Shown here: one piece after another, positions 47,061-56,033 of the stretch
Numbering within the stretch: the first letter of the stretch is position 1
How the letters are laid out: the number at the start of each line of letters is the position of its first letter
IMG/VR virus record: IMGVR_UViG_3300036801_000470
Coordinates: 1,613 to 65,612 of that record
Source of the DNA: a virus
Taxonomy: Duplodnaviria; Caudoviricetes
Strand: one strand, 5' to 3'
Length of the DNA stretch: 64,000 bases
Position numbers and translations under genes: made by a program
Notes under the pieces: model-generated
The model's database searches: none
What the model saw: only the letters and a program-made list of their open reading frames with translations
What the model was told of the DNA's origin: nothing

Positions 47061-47441
47061 TTACTGCCAGATCGGGAACGTGCCGATGAAGCTGAAGTCG
47101 TACTTCGCCTCTTGATCGGTGGCGTGCGAGTGCGCGTCCTTCATGATGAAGCCGTTCACGACGCACTGCTTGCCGTCGCTCCGGATCACGCCGATGTTCA
47201 CGGGCGTGTACGTCACGATCACCTGGCCGGCGTCGTACTCGAGCCCCGTCGCGGGGATGACGTTCATGACGCGGCCCGAGCACATGGATGAGCCGGGCGA
47301 GACGCCGGCCAAACCTTTGGCCGTCGTCTTGACGATGTTGCCGCCGCCGTCTCGCTCGAAGTCGACCGAAGCCTCCTCGGTGAGGAGCGCGCCGTTCACT
47401 CGCGCGTAGAGCAGCGAATAGAGCTGAAGATTCCCAGCCAT
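47061..47441 (-). CDS. Tail tube protein
   Basis: 126 aa, beta-rich, AAGGAG RBS, downstream of the sheath. Confidence 0.75.
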   Translation of the reverse strand: MAGNLQLYSLLYARVNGALLTEEASVDFERDGGGNIVKTTAKGLAGVSPGSSMCSGRVMNVIPATGLEYDAGQVIVTYTPVNIGVIRSDGKQCVVNGFIMKDAHSHATDQEAKYDFSFIGTFPIWQ

Positions 47442-47574
47442 AGGGCAGGACTCCTTGGGGTAAGAGAAGGGGGACGCGGGCCAAAGGGCGCCTGGCCGCT
47501 CGCGCGTCCGGGGCGAGAGGTGCGCGGCAGCAAAAGGCTTGGCCGCGCTGCGGGCGCTGAACGGGCGCGCTCCG

Positions 47575-47608
47575 TAGACGGCAAGGCTGCGAGCGTTACG
47601 CTCTCAGC
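47575..47608 (+). promoter_or_regulatory. Leaderless promoter TAGACG-N16-TACGCT-N6-ATG
   Basis: Directly before ATG 47609. Confidence 0.5.
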
Positions 47609-48304
47609 ATGAACGTGTGGCGAATCGCGGTGTTCGGAGGGCTGCTCGCGCAGCTGCTCGCGTGCGGGCCCGCGAACGAGGTTCCGTACATCATCGTCGA
47701 GGGACTCGACGCGGGCCTGGGCAGCGCGAGCCCCGACGCGGGATCGGCGGAGGGCGACGCGAGCGACCCCGCTCCCGACGCCTCGCCGCCCCCCAGCCTC
47801 GACAGCGGCCCCCCTGCGCATCTCGATGGCGGAACCAGTCCGCAGCCGGATGCCGGGGAGCACGACGCGGCCAGCCCGGATGCGGGCGAGCCGGTCGATG
47901 CCGGGTCCGAGCCCGACGCCTCCGCGCAGGATGCCGGGGAGGACGCGGCTCCGATCTGCACGGGCCTCGTGGGCGCTCGCACGTCGAGCGCCACGTGCAC
48001 CGCCCCCGCGGGCGACGCGGTCTACTGCCCCGCGTGCGCCCCCTTCGCGTACGAGTGCCTCTTGCCGTCGCAAGAGCCCGCGGAGTTCGAGGCGCCGGGC
48101 GCGCCGTCTCTCTACCAAGGGACGCTCGGGAGCGGCCTCGTCGTCTGCTCCCCTACCCCGCGGTGCATCCAGCAGACGGGCGCGCAATTCTGCTTGGCGG
48201 GCACCGTCTACTGGTGTCCGGTCGCCGGCGGCGTGCAGGCGACGCCGCCGGGCACCGGGTGTCAGCCCGTCTCAGGGCAGCCGAACGCGTTCTGCTGTCA
48301 TTGA
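47609..48304 (+). CDS. Lipoprotein with PDAG-repeat linker and Cys-rich C-terminal domain (moron-like)
   Basis: LLAC lipobox, about 8 DAG/DAS repeats, 10 Cys in the mature domain; antisense to the tail operon. Confidence 0.75.
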   Translation: MNVWRIAVFGGLLAQLLACGPANEVPYIIVEGLDAGLGSASPDAGSAEGDASDPAPDASPPPSLDSGPPAHLDGGTSPQPDAGEHDAASPDAGEPVDAGSEPDASAQDAGEDAAPICTGLVGARTSSATCTAPAGDAVYCPACAPFAYECLLPSQEPAEFEAPGAPSLYQGTLGSGLVVCSPTPRCIQQTGAQFCLAGTVYWCPVAGGVQATPPGTGCQPVSGQPNAFCCH

Positions 48305-49071
48305 ACCGTTGGCGTTGAAGCTCGCTCGGTGAGCGCCGACAGGCGCTCGAAGAGAGGCTCCGCGTCATCGTCTGCTTCCGACTTCGAAGCCTGCAGCAGT
48401 GTCACGAACGCACGGAAGCGCTCCGCAGTCGTTTCGCTGCGACCGAGATTCGCAGCCATGCAGCAGAGGACGACGTTGTCGGGCGTGTAGCCCTTGTCGT
48501 TTTCGAGTCGGTCGATCGATGGCCGCTGCGGATCGCGATGAACGCCGCTCGGCACGATCGGTATGCCGAACCAGTAGCAGCGGCCTTGCTGCCGCTCCCA
48601 GATGGCTCGCACCGTCTCTTCGTCCAGGGCGAAGTCGAGGCCGCGGCGGCGCGCGCTCGCCTTCGTGATAGCAAGGAGAGAGGAGAGCCAGTGCTTGGTG
48701 CGCTGATTCTCCCGCCAGACGCCGCCACGCTTGGCGTGTCTCGCGCGCGATGCAGCGAGCATCTGCTCCTTGTTGGCTTCATATCGCCTTTGTTGATACG
48801 CGCCGACGCAACCCTTGCAGTGAGCGCCGAATCCACCTCTTCCGGTCTTCAGCGGATAGAAGTGTTCCTTGGTGCACGGATAGACCTTCTTGCACTTCGT
48901 GCAGGCTTTCTCCGACAGGAACTCAGGTCTGCGTCGTCTCGCCGCGCGGACGTTTCGCTGCTTCTGGCACTTTTTGCACTGCGTGTGAAGCCCGCCACGG
49001 CAACCGCTATGCGCGTAGAAGAACTCCGTCGTCTCCGGCTTCTCAAGCCCACACGCAGTACATTGGCGCAT
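48298..49071 (-). CDS. HNH-type endonuclease with two N-terminal Zn-finger repeats
   Basis: Two CxxC...FY...CxxC units; QQGRCYW...PSIDRLENDKGYTPDNVVLCC..AN. Confidence 0.85.
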   Translation of the reverse strand: MRQCTACGLEKPETTEFFYAHSGCRGGLHTQCKKCQKQRNVRAARRRRPEFLSEKACTKCKKVYPCTKEHFYPLKTGRGGFGAHCKGCVGAYQQRRYEANKEQMLAASRARHAKRGGVWRENQRTKHWLSSLLAITKASARRRGLDFALDEETVRAIWERQQGRCYWFGIPIVPSGVHRDPQRPSIDRLENDKGYTPDNVVLCCMAANLGRSETTAERFRAFVTLLQASKSEADDDAEPLFERLSALTERASTPTVQ

Positions 49072-49072
49072 C

Positions 49073-49108
49073 GACCAGCATTCTGGTCATTCGCCCAACT
49101 CGTCGCAA
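49073..49108 (-). promoter_or_regulatory. Promoter TTGCGA-N17-CAGAAT overlapped by the GACCAG-N4-CTGGTC palindrome; ATG 8 nt after the -10
   Basis: Read on - strand between the sheath stop and the HNH start. Confidence 0.6.
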
Positions 49109-49113
49109 GCGGC

Positions 49114-50658
49114 TTACGCCACCTGCAACAAAAGGACAGCGAATTGATCAATGATATCGACGGGCTGTAGAGGGCTCTCCACGTCGATGCGGTTGTTGTT
49201 GTTCGGGTCCTGCTGGACGATCGTACCGGCTTTGATGTCGGCCACGTTCTTGAACAGATTGCTCTGTCCATAGAGGTCGATGAGGTTGAAGACGTCGCCG
49301 CGGTACAGGTTCGGCGTGATCGTCGAGGAGTCCGGCGGCGGTGAGCCGGGCTTCGGGTCCTGCGCGAAGACCTTCTGGCTCCAGTTCGTGTTGGTGAGCG
49401 AGTAGAGGTCGTCGCCGAAGAAGTCGCAGACGGTGACCTTCCCCGCGTCGCGAACCCGGTAGTCCGGCACCGAGCCGTTGAGCGAGTAGCTCGTGATGCG
49501 CTTGACGAGGTAGGTCTTGGTCGCGCTCGACCAGCCGACCGGCGTGACGCCGTTCTGGAGCAGCCCCTTGATCGTGGTGCGCGTGGGCTGCTTGGTCGTG
49601 TCGCGGGACGGAGGGATGGGCCAGGTGTCGTTCGGCCCCTGTCCGTACCCGCTCCAGTTCAGCTTCGGCTTCGAGCCGCTGTTCTCGTACAGGGCATAGA
49701 GCCCCGCCGCGACGCAGGCGATCTCGAAGGGCGTGTATGGGCACGCCTGCGACCAGACGAACTCCGCGCGCGGGTTGTTCACCGTCGTCGCGAGCGTGGT
49801 GACGTTGCCGCTGCTGTCCACGCTCCCGCAGAAGGCGCGCTGGCGGATGCCATTGGTGGGCAGCGCCTGCGAGCTCACCTGCGCCGCGAGGGCTCCGAAC
49901 TGCGTGGAGTCCTCGGCGGCCGAGACCAGGTAGTAGTAGCGCTTCGGGTTGATCGTGCCGAGCGCGGTGGTGTTCGAGTCCGCCGTGGTGCCGCCCGTGA
50001 AGAAGGCGTCGGCGGTGTTCGTCACCGTCATGTTCGAGACGATGCCGGCGGGCGGGAGGATCTGCGCCATTCCGCGCAGCCAGTTGCCGCGGGGGCCCGG
50101 CACCTTGGCGGTGAGCGTGACGCTGTCGTTTGACGTCGAGACGGTGGTCTGCGACGCCGCGAACGGCAGCCAGGACCGCGAGTTGATGTTCAGGACCGCG
50201 GCGGCGGTGATGCTCGCCAGCGTGTCGCTCGCGTTGTAGCCGGTCTCGACGAACTCGTCGGCGCCGAAGATGCGCAGCGTGCCGCCCGAGGTCGGGACGT
50301 TCGCCAACGTGAAGACCATCGTGGCCGATGCGCCGCCGCTCGCCGTCACGGCGAGGAGGTAGACGCTCGTGGTCTTGTTGTACTGCGTGAGCTTCCGCCA
50401 CCCGCGATGGAGCTCGGAGCCGGGACCGGCGAGGCCGATGACGTCCTGCTCGGTCTGGCACTGCGCGCCCTGGATGTCCGGTCCATAGACGACCGTGTCC
50501 GGCGTCATGGTGCCCGCGGAGCTCTTGTTCCCGATCAGCAAGATCGGGCGATTGCCCTGGTAGCCGCCGGCGGGTCCGGCCGCGAACTGGATCTGGAGGT
50601 AGGTGCCGGGGACCGGATCGTTGCTCGCGAGGCCGGTCAGCTGGATCGACGCGGGCAT
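49114..50658 (-). CDS. Contractile tail sheath protein (Mu gpL-like)
   Basis: VPGTY, GPGSELH, LTAKVPGPRGN, LLQNGVTP, RITSY, DPNNNNRIDV. Confidence 0.92.
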   Translation of the reverse strand: MPASIQLTGLASNDPVPGTYLQIQFAAGPAGGYQGNRPILLIGNKSSAGTMTPDTVVYGPDIQGAQCQTEQDVIGLAGPGSELHRGWRKLTQYNKTTSVYLLAVTASGGASATMVFTLANVPTSGGTLRIFGADEFVETGYNASDTLASITAAAVLNINSRSWLPFAASQTTVSTSNDSVTLTAKVPGPRGNWLRGMAQILPPAGIVSNMTVTNTADAFFTGGTTADSNTTALGTINPKRYYYLVSAAEDSTQFGALAAQVSSQALPTNGIRQRAFCGSVDSSGNVTTLATTVNNPRAEFVWSQACPYTPFEIACVAAGLYALYENSGSKPKLNWSGYGQGPNDTWPIPPSRDTTKQPTRTTIKGLLQNGVTPVGWSSATKTYLVKRITSYSLNGSVPDYRVRDAGKVTVCDFFGDDLYSLTNTNWSQKVFAQDPKPGSPPPDSSTITPNLYRGDVFNLIDLYGQSNLFKNVADIKAGTIVQQDPNNNNRIDVESPLQPVDIIDQFAVLLLQVA

Positions 50659-50661
50659 GGC

Positions 50662-51159
50662 TTACCCCTCCTTCGGCGCGCTCGGCGCAGGCGGCGTGGT
50701 GGTGGGCGGGACGGGCGTGACCGGCTTCGGGAGGACCGGGATGCGCGCGGCTTCCTGCGCGGCCTTCGCCTGCTCGGCGTTCTTCTCGCCGGCGCGCAGC
50801 GCCTTGTCGGCCGCGCGGCTCTTCAGGAACTCCTTGACCTCGTCGACTTCCCCTCCGAAGTTCGGGTCGAACGGCACCTTCGCGAGGTCCGCCGTCTCCT
50901 TGTCGGCGGGCCAGAGGTCGCCGTCCTTCAGGTGCGTGATGTACTCGGGGCGGACCGGCAGCTCGTGCGGCTCGGTGCGCGGACGCCAGCCGCCGGAGCT
51001 CGTCTCGTCGGCGAGCTCGGGGTCGAAGACGCGCCCGATGAACCCGCGCCGCGGGAGCGTAGGGTGATCGAGCAGCTCGTGGTCGCAGACCATCGCATCG
51101 CCGCGCGCATAGACGCGAAGCGTGCTGCGCTTCGTCTTCTGCAGGATCTTCAGCGCCAT
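50662..51159 (-). CDS. Small pre-sheath protein
   Basis: LKDGDLWPADKETA motif; position of Mu gp38-like genes. Confidence 0.6.
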   Translation of the reverse strand: MALKILQKTKRSTLRVYARGDAMVCDHELLDHPTLPRRGFIGRVFDPELADETSSGGWRPRTEPHELPVRPEYITHLKDGDLWPADKETADLAKVPFDPNFGGEVDEVKEFLKSRAADKALRAGEKNAEQAKAAQEAARIPVLPKPVTPVPPTTTPPAPSAPKEG

Positions 51160-51293
51160 GAACGACTCCAAGGGCGCGGGCTCGTGGGAGAGCGCGCGCG
51201 GGTAAGAGCCACGCGAGAGAGGCGCGTGGAGGTTGGGTAAGCGACAGACACGCGCGCCGCGGCGGCAGAGCGCGCGCGGGCTTTAGCGACGCT

Positions 51294-52118
51294 TCACGGC
51301 GTCTTCGGGAGCGGCACCCACGAGTTCACGTCGGCGACATCGCGCACCGTCGTCCCGCTCGCGGAATCGAAGATGTCGAGGCGCGCCGACACACCGCCGT
51401 CGAACGGCGGATTGTTCGAGTACGACGTCCCGCGCTCCTTCACGCGGATCGTGGCGACGATGCTCGGGAGCCAGAGCTCGTCCCCCCAGCCGGCGATCTT
51501 GCCGTACTCGGCGCCGACGAAGTCGATGCGGTCCAGGTTCGCGTAGGCCTTGGACCAGACCTGGTCCCCCTTGGTTCCGCCCGGCGGCGTATAGGCCGGG
51601 TCCCAGCCCAGCTGCGTCGCGTGCTGCAGCACGATCTCGATCGCGCGGAGAATGGGGCCGAGGTCCTCCTCTTGCGCAGCGGTGAGCGGCGGGAGGATGT
51701 ATGCGCAGCGCCAGGTGACGGCATCGCGTGCATGGACGACGGTGATCTGCTCCGAGTCCGACTTCATTCGCCAGAGGGCGAAGAGCGGCAGGCGCATCTG
51801 CGCCTTGGTCAGGTGCTCGGCGGGGTCGTACGGGATCTGCTCGTGGACGGCGGCGGGAATCTCCGCCGACAGGTTGAGCGCGGCGACCACCTGCATCATG
51901 CGGGCCCCGACGTACTGCCCAATCATCCAGGCGTAGTAGTCGAGCGCGAAGTTGAGTGACGGGTCGGCGTCGCGAAGAAGGGTGTTCCCGCTCGTCGTGG
52001 AGAGCGGGAAGGTAACGCCGCCCCACTGCCAGGTGCCGTAGCTCGGCGGCGGGATGATCGTCGCCGCTGCGCTCCCGCTCGAGGTCGAGAGCCCCGTCCC
52101 GGTGATGGGGATCGCCAT
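51294..52118 (-). CDS. Neck/tail terminator candidate
   Basis: Position and size. Confidence 0.55.
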   Translation of the reverse strand: MAIPITGTGLSTSSGSAAATIIPPPSYGTWQWGGVTFPLSTTSGNTLLRDADPSLNFALDYYAWMIGQYVGARMMQVVAALNLSAEIPAAVHEQIPYDPAEHLTKAQMRLPLFALWRMKSDSEQITVVHARDAVTWRCAYILPPLTAAQEEDLGPILRAIEIVLQHATQLGWDPAYTPPGGTKGDQVWSKAYANLDRIDFVGAEYGKIAGWGDELWLPSIVATIRVKERGTSYSNNPPFDGGVSARLDIFDSASGTTVRDVADVNSWVPLPKTP

Positions 52119-52121
52119 GGG

Positions 52122-52517
52122 CTAGTTCAGCTGGAGGACGAGCGCGCCGATCGCGAACTGCACTTGCTGGCCGTTGAGAACAGTGACGCCGGCGCCGAGA
52201 GGGCTCGGTCCCCAAAGGGCATTGCCGGCGCTCGCCGCGTCGTAGATCGCGAACTGCGTGGCCTGGACCCAATCGGCGGTCGCGAGCGGGAACTGGATGA
52301 CGAGGGCGTTCGACACGAACTCCGGCGCCGCGCCCGCCGGCGCCGAAAACGCGCCGGAGTTGTTCGCCACCTGGACGCGCGCGTAGCCGTTGCCGGCGAG
52401 CTCGGCGCTCCCCGCGGTGAGGAGCGCGACGTACAGGAAGCCGGGCACGGGCGCCGGCACCGCACCGAACCACTGGCCGAGGGTGGCGCGGCCGGCGTAG
52501 GTGGAGAAGCCGCTCAC
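52122..52517 (-). CDS. Conserved small virion protein (YVAL...E..GNGYARV...FP.AT..W...AIYDA..GN family)
   Basis: Recognisable phage fibre/neck-associated motif. Confidence 0.7.
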   Translation of the reverse strand: MSGFSTYAGRATLGQWFGAVPAPVPGFLYVALLTAGSAELAGNGYARVQVANNSGAFSAPAGAAPEFVSNALVIQFPLATADWVQATQFAIYDAASAGNALWGPSPLGAGVTVLNGQQVQFAIGALVLQLN

Positions 52518-52990
52518 TTGTTGTGCTCGCGGATGGCCACGTTGAGCTCTCGGACGGTCTGCGCGCGGAAGGACGTCTCGACCTCATCGCGCGCCTTGTC
52601 GATGAAGTGGGTCGGCTGGATGCCGGGGTGCATAACGAAGCGGCGGAAGAGGACGCGCCCGCCGGCGACGACGAAGCGGAGGATCTTGCCCGACCCCCCG
52701 CCAAGCTTCGGGATGCGGTAGCGGGCCCGCTTCGGGCCCCAGAGGCCCGTTCCGGAGTTGAGCCAGCCGGCGGCACCACCGATCTTGAAGCGCCATCGGT
52801 AGGGCCCCGCGATCTGCGCCTTGGCGCTGTCGCGTGTCTTGTGGGACCGGTCCTTGAAGCTGCGCTGGGCGCGCACCTTCTCGACCATCTTCTCGGCGGC
52901 GTGCTGCACGCCCAGGGCGATGGCGGCGTCGACGCCGACCTTCAGCTGGAAGAGCGCCCGCCGCGCGGCGGCGGTTCGGATGCGACTCAC
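52514..52990 (-). CDS. HK97 gp10-like tail completion/neck protein
   Basis: GTG...LRF...V.HPGIQPTHFI..A pattern. Confidence 0.7.
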   Translation of the reverse strand: MSRIRTAAARRALFQLKVGVDAAIALGVQHAAEKMVEKVRAQRSFKDRSHKTRDSAKAQIAGPYRWRFKIGGAAGWLNSGTGLWGPKRARYRIPKLGGGSGKILRFVVAGGRVLFRRFVMHPGIQPTHFIDKARDEVETSFRAQTVRELNVAIREHNK

Positions 52991-53496
52991 GGCTGCCCGC
53001 CGGGCTTTTGGTTCGCGCTGCGCCGAAGGACGAGGAAGTAGCGCGTCGCGCTGGCGACCTGGTCGCCCTTGCGCTCGAACCAGACGGGGAACTGGAAGCC
53101 GCCGCCCGTCAGTTTGAAGAGGATCTCCTTCGTCGCGCCGACGCCCCCTACGGGCGGGTCGAGCTGCGAGGGGAGATAGCCGCCCGAGGGGATGCCAGGG
53201 GATGCCGCGAACGCGGGGGTGAGCGGACCTACCTTGAAGTCCTGCGTCGTGTAGAGGCCCCCGGACGCGATGACGTCGCGGTCCGTGAGCTGCAGGACGC
53301 GCGGGTTTTGGGTCGCCCATCCGACCAAGAGCGGGGTGTCCACGAGCGAGGTGGGCGCGCCGCGGCTGGGAGCCCCGGGCCAGCTGATCACGCGGATGGT
53401 GACCGAGATGGGGCGGAAGCCGAGCGCCCCCGAGATTCCGCGGACGGAATCGAGCAGTGGGAGGAGCCCCTGCGCGAGTGAGGGGGGGGTCGCCAT
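52987..53496 (-). CDS. Head closure candidate
   Basis: Position, beta-rich. Confidence 0.55.
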   Translation of the reverse strand: MATPPSLAQGLLPLLDSVRGISGALGFRPISVTIRVISWPGAPSRGAPTSLVDTPLLVGWATQNPRVLQLTDRDVIASGGLYTTQDFKVGPLTPAFAASPGIPSGGYLPSQLDPPVGGVGATKEILFKLTGGGFQFPVWFERKGDQVASATRYFLVLRRSANQKPGGQP

Positions 53497-53581
53497 GGCG
53501 CAAAGGAGAGGAAGCTAAGACGGCGGGTCAGGCCGTAAGAAGCCGCGGGCTCCGGGGGAGGGCACCCGCCGCGGCCAGCCA

Positions 53582-54250
53582 TCAGAACGGCTCGAACGAC
53601 TGTCCGCGTCGCTTGCGGACGTCCGCGAGGTACGGGATGCCGAGGACGCCGCAGAGGTCGCGGCGCGCCTGCTCGCGCTGGGCGATCAGGTCGTCGAACT
53701 TGTTCCGCTCGCTCCCCTGCCGCCCGCCCCGTCTCGAGCCGTAGAACTTCGCGTCGCCCACCGCCTCCTGCACGCCCGCGAGGAGCGGCGCGAAGGTGTC
53801 GAGCTGCGCATTGATCGCGTCAAGACGCGTGAGGTAGGCGCGAACCTGGTACTCGGCACCCCACGGCTCGACGAGGTAGGAGCCGAGCGTGCCGTGGGCG
53901 TTCGCCAGGGTCACCACGATGACGAGCCCGGTGATCGACTGAATCACCGACGTCTCCTGGCTCGGTCCGATGTCGACGACGATCTTGCTCTGGAGCGCGA
54001 AGGTCAGCGGCTGGACGTTGTTGCCGGGCGCCGGGGGGTTCGCGGCGAGCGTAATCGAGACGGCGGCCCCGCCGGGGGCGGCGGTGACCGCCGTGCTCGA
54101 GGTCGTGGACTGGTCGATGAGGTACGGCTGCACCGCCCGGTCAAAAAGGGCGACGTACCCCGCCATCCCGCTGTACGCCTCCGCGCCGATGCCGACGACG
54201 TTGTAACCGCAGGCCCCCTTGAGGCGCAGAATCTCGTCGTTGGTCAGCAC
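53582..54250 (-). CDS. Head-tail adaptor candidate
   Basis: LT.DEI..LK...GY N-terminus and L..VLGIP C-terminus; position. Confidence 0.55.
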   Translation of the reverse strand: MLTNDEILRLKGACGYNVVGIGAEAYSGMAGYVALFDRAVQPYLIDQSTTSSTAVTAAPGGAAVSITLAANPPAPGNNVQPLTFALQSKIVVDIGPSQETSVIQSITGLVIVVTLANAHGTLGSYLVEPWGAEYQVRAYLTRLDAINAQLDTFAPLLAGVQEAVGDAKFYGSRRGGRQGSERNKFDDLIAQREQARRDLCGVLGIPYLADVRKRRGQSFEPF

Positions 54251-54257
54251 GTTGGGA

Positions 54258-54704
54258 TCACGGAGTGATGAAGAAGCGCTTCAGCCAGCCGAAGGTGATG
54301 GTGATGTTGTCGCCGGCGGCGCCGGTGGCGCCCGTGCTCTTCACGGCCGCGCGCACGTATTGGCAGGCCGCGGCGTCGCCGAAGTCGAACCACTGGCGGT
54401 AGGTCGTGGTGACGAGGCCACCGTTCCCGGTCGCGGCCACCTGCACATACGCGGCGCCGTTGCCGGGGAAGATCGTGTCCCAGTTCGTGCCGTCGTCGGA
54501 CGCCTGCCACATCGTGACCACGACGAGCGAGGTCGTCGTGATGGCTGCCGACACGCGCATGTAGAGCGCGGTCGGTCCGACCCGCTGCGCATCGCCGGGG
54601 GCGAGCTGCGGGCCCGCGGTGACGGTGCCGGTAGTGACGCCGTTCAGCGCGACGACGCTGCCCGACGGGGCATAAGCCTTCTGCCGATTCGAGTTGTAAG
54701 ACAT
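54258..54704 (-). CDS. Small beta-sandwich virion protein (decoration candidate)
   Basis: Q.SDDGTNW...QYVRA; AAGGAG RBS. Confidence 0.6.
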   Translation of the reverse strand: MSYNSNRQKAYAPSGSVVALNGVTTGTVTAGPQLAPGDAQRVGPTALYMRVSAAITTTSLVVVTMWQASDDGTNWDTIFPGNGAAYVQVAATGNGGLVTTTYRQWFDFGDAAACQYVRAAVKSTGATGAAGDNITITFGWLKRFFITP

Positions 54705-54745
54705 GGAAAGAACTCCTTTGGCGGAGACGTGGGCAGAGATGCCCT

Positions 54746-54773
54746 CCCGGCGCGCTCAACGGAACGCGCCGGG
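54746..54773 (-). terminator. Hairpin after the major capsid gene
   Basis: CCCGGCGCG...CGCGCCGGG stem. Confidence 0.45.
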
Positions 54774-54805
54774 CCGGCCTTCCTCTCGCGCGGGGCGATT
54801 GCCCG

Positions 54806-55918
54806 TTACGAGGTGTGGACGTTGACGACGAAGCGCTGGTCGAGCAGCCCGATCGCGAGGTACGTGAGCCAGATCACGAGGGCCGACTCGCCGTAGTTGT
54901 CCTGCGTGTTGTACGCGGTCTCCGGGAGACGACCGAAGCCCGCGCCGAAGACGCCTGCGCCGAAGAACTGCGAGCTCCGGATCTGGATGCTGTTGCCGTT
55001 CGCGGTCGAGATGAGCGACGTGGACTCGAAGAGATCGATCCCGCCGACGCGCGCGATGAAGTTCTGGAACAGCGGGTTGGTGCTGCCCGCGTACGGGTTG
55101 TCCTTCGCGTAGGTCGCGAACTGCGGGTCGTTCTTCAGCTGCCGCGAGTCGGTCGGGCCGATGACGCCCATGTACTTCCCGTTCGGGAAGCGCGGGATGC
55201 TCGCGTTCTTCAGCGTCTCCTCGACGCGGAAGATCGTGTCGACGTCCATCGCCATGTCGCCGGCGACCGTCGAGTTGTTGTCCGCGGTGAACGACTGCGG
55301 CCAGAGGGTCACGCTCGCGAGGTTGCCCATCGCGACGAGCACCTGGTCGACCCACTTGTCGAGGTCGCGCTGGAGGTGCTTGCCGACGATCTGCGACTCG
55401 GAGTGGACGCTCCGGGTGCTGTCGAACTTGTCGACCGCGATCGGCGCCACGTTGTTGTTCACGGCGTCGTAGGGACCGCCGTAGCGCTTGATCGTGAGCG
55501 TGACCTGCTCGCTCGCGACGTCGATCGCCGTCGTCGAGATGCTCGCGCCCGAGGGGATCTCGCGCGCCGACAACGAGAACCCGCCCGACCCGAACTTCGG
55601 CCGGTTCAGCTTCACGGTGTGACCGACCCGCTGGGTGATCTCCTCCGGCATCATGACCGCGCGCGCGTACGCCGGGTCGGGCGTCGCGAGCATCAGGCGG
55701 TCGTACTCGGGCGACGTGTACGCCGCGCCGCCGTCCGCAATCGGGCGACCGGGGACCGGGAGGCCGAGGGGGCCGCCGAAGGGCAGCTTCATCGAGGCGC
55801 TCAGCGCCATCTTGAGAAGCAGCGCGTGGAAGTACGCCGGCTCCGGCTGGACCAGAAGCATCGCCGACGTGACGTCGAAGAACTCCTCGGGCAGTGAGGC
55901 GCGATTCACCAAAGCCAT
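54806..55918 (-). CDS. Major capsid protein (HK97 fold)
   Basis: 370 aa, G.TV, Y.G.I.P....QLKND.QF, DNYG...IW; strong AAAGGAG RBS; follows the scaffold. Confidence 0.85.
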   Translation of the reverse strand: MALVNRASLPEEFFDVTSAMLLVQPEPAYFHALLLKMALSASMKLPFGGPLGLPVPGRPIADGGAAYTSPEYDRLMLATPDPAYARAVMMPEEITQRVGHTVKLNRPKFGSGGFSLSAREIPSGASISTTAIDVASEQVTLTIKRYGGPYDAVNNNVAPIAVDKFDSTRSVHSESQIVGKHLQRDLDKWVDQVLVAMGNLASVTLWPQSFTADNNSTVAGDMAMDVDTIFRVEETLKNASIPRFPNGKYMGVIGPTDSRQLKNDPQFATYAKDNPYAGSTNPLFQNFIARVGGIDLFESTSLISTANGNSIQIRSSQFFGAGVFGAGFGRLPETAYNTQDNYGESALVIWLTYLAIGLLDQRFVVNVHTS

Positions 55919-56033
55919 GGCAAGACTCCTTTATTGGGAAAGCGAAGTTGGGGAGCCGGCGCGCGGGCGCGCGGGCGCGAACGAGCACGCCTCTCCCCCG
56001 AAGTGGGGATAGAGGAGCCGGCAGTCGGACTAG

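Noticed and set aside
47700-47950. Quasi-periodic repeats
   Set aside because: Protein-level PDAG linker with no fixed repeat-spacer structure
43709-50658. Tailocin/eCIS interpretation of the contractile tail
   Set aside because: Portal, capsid, scaffold and neck genes are present, so this is a full phage morphogenesis module
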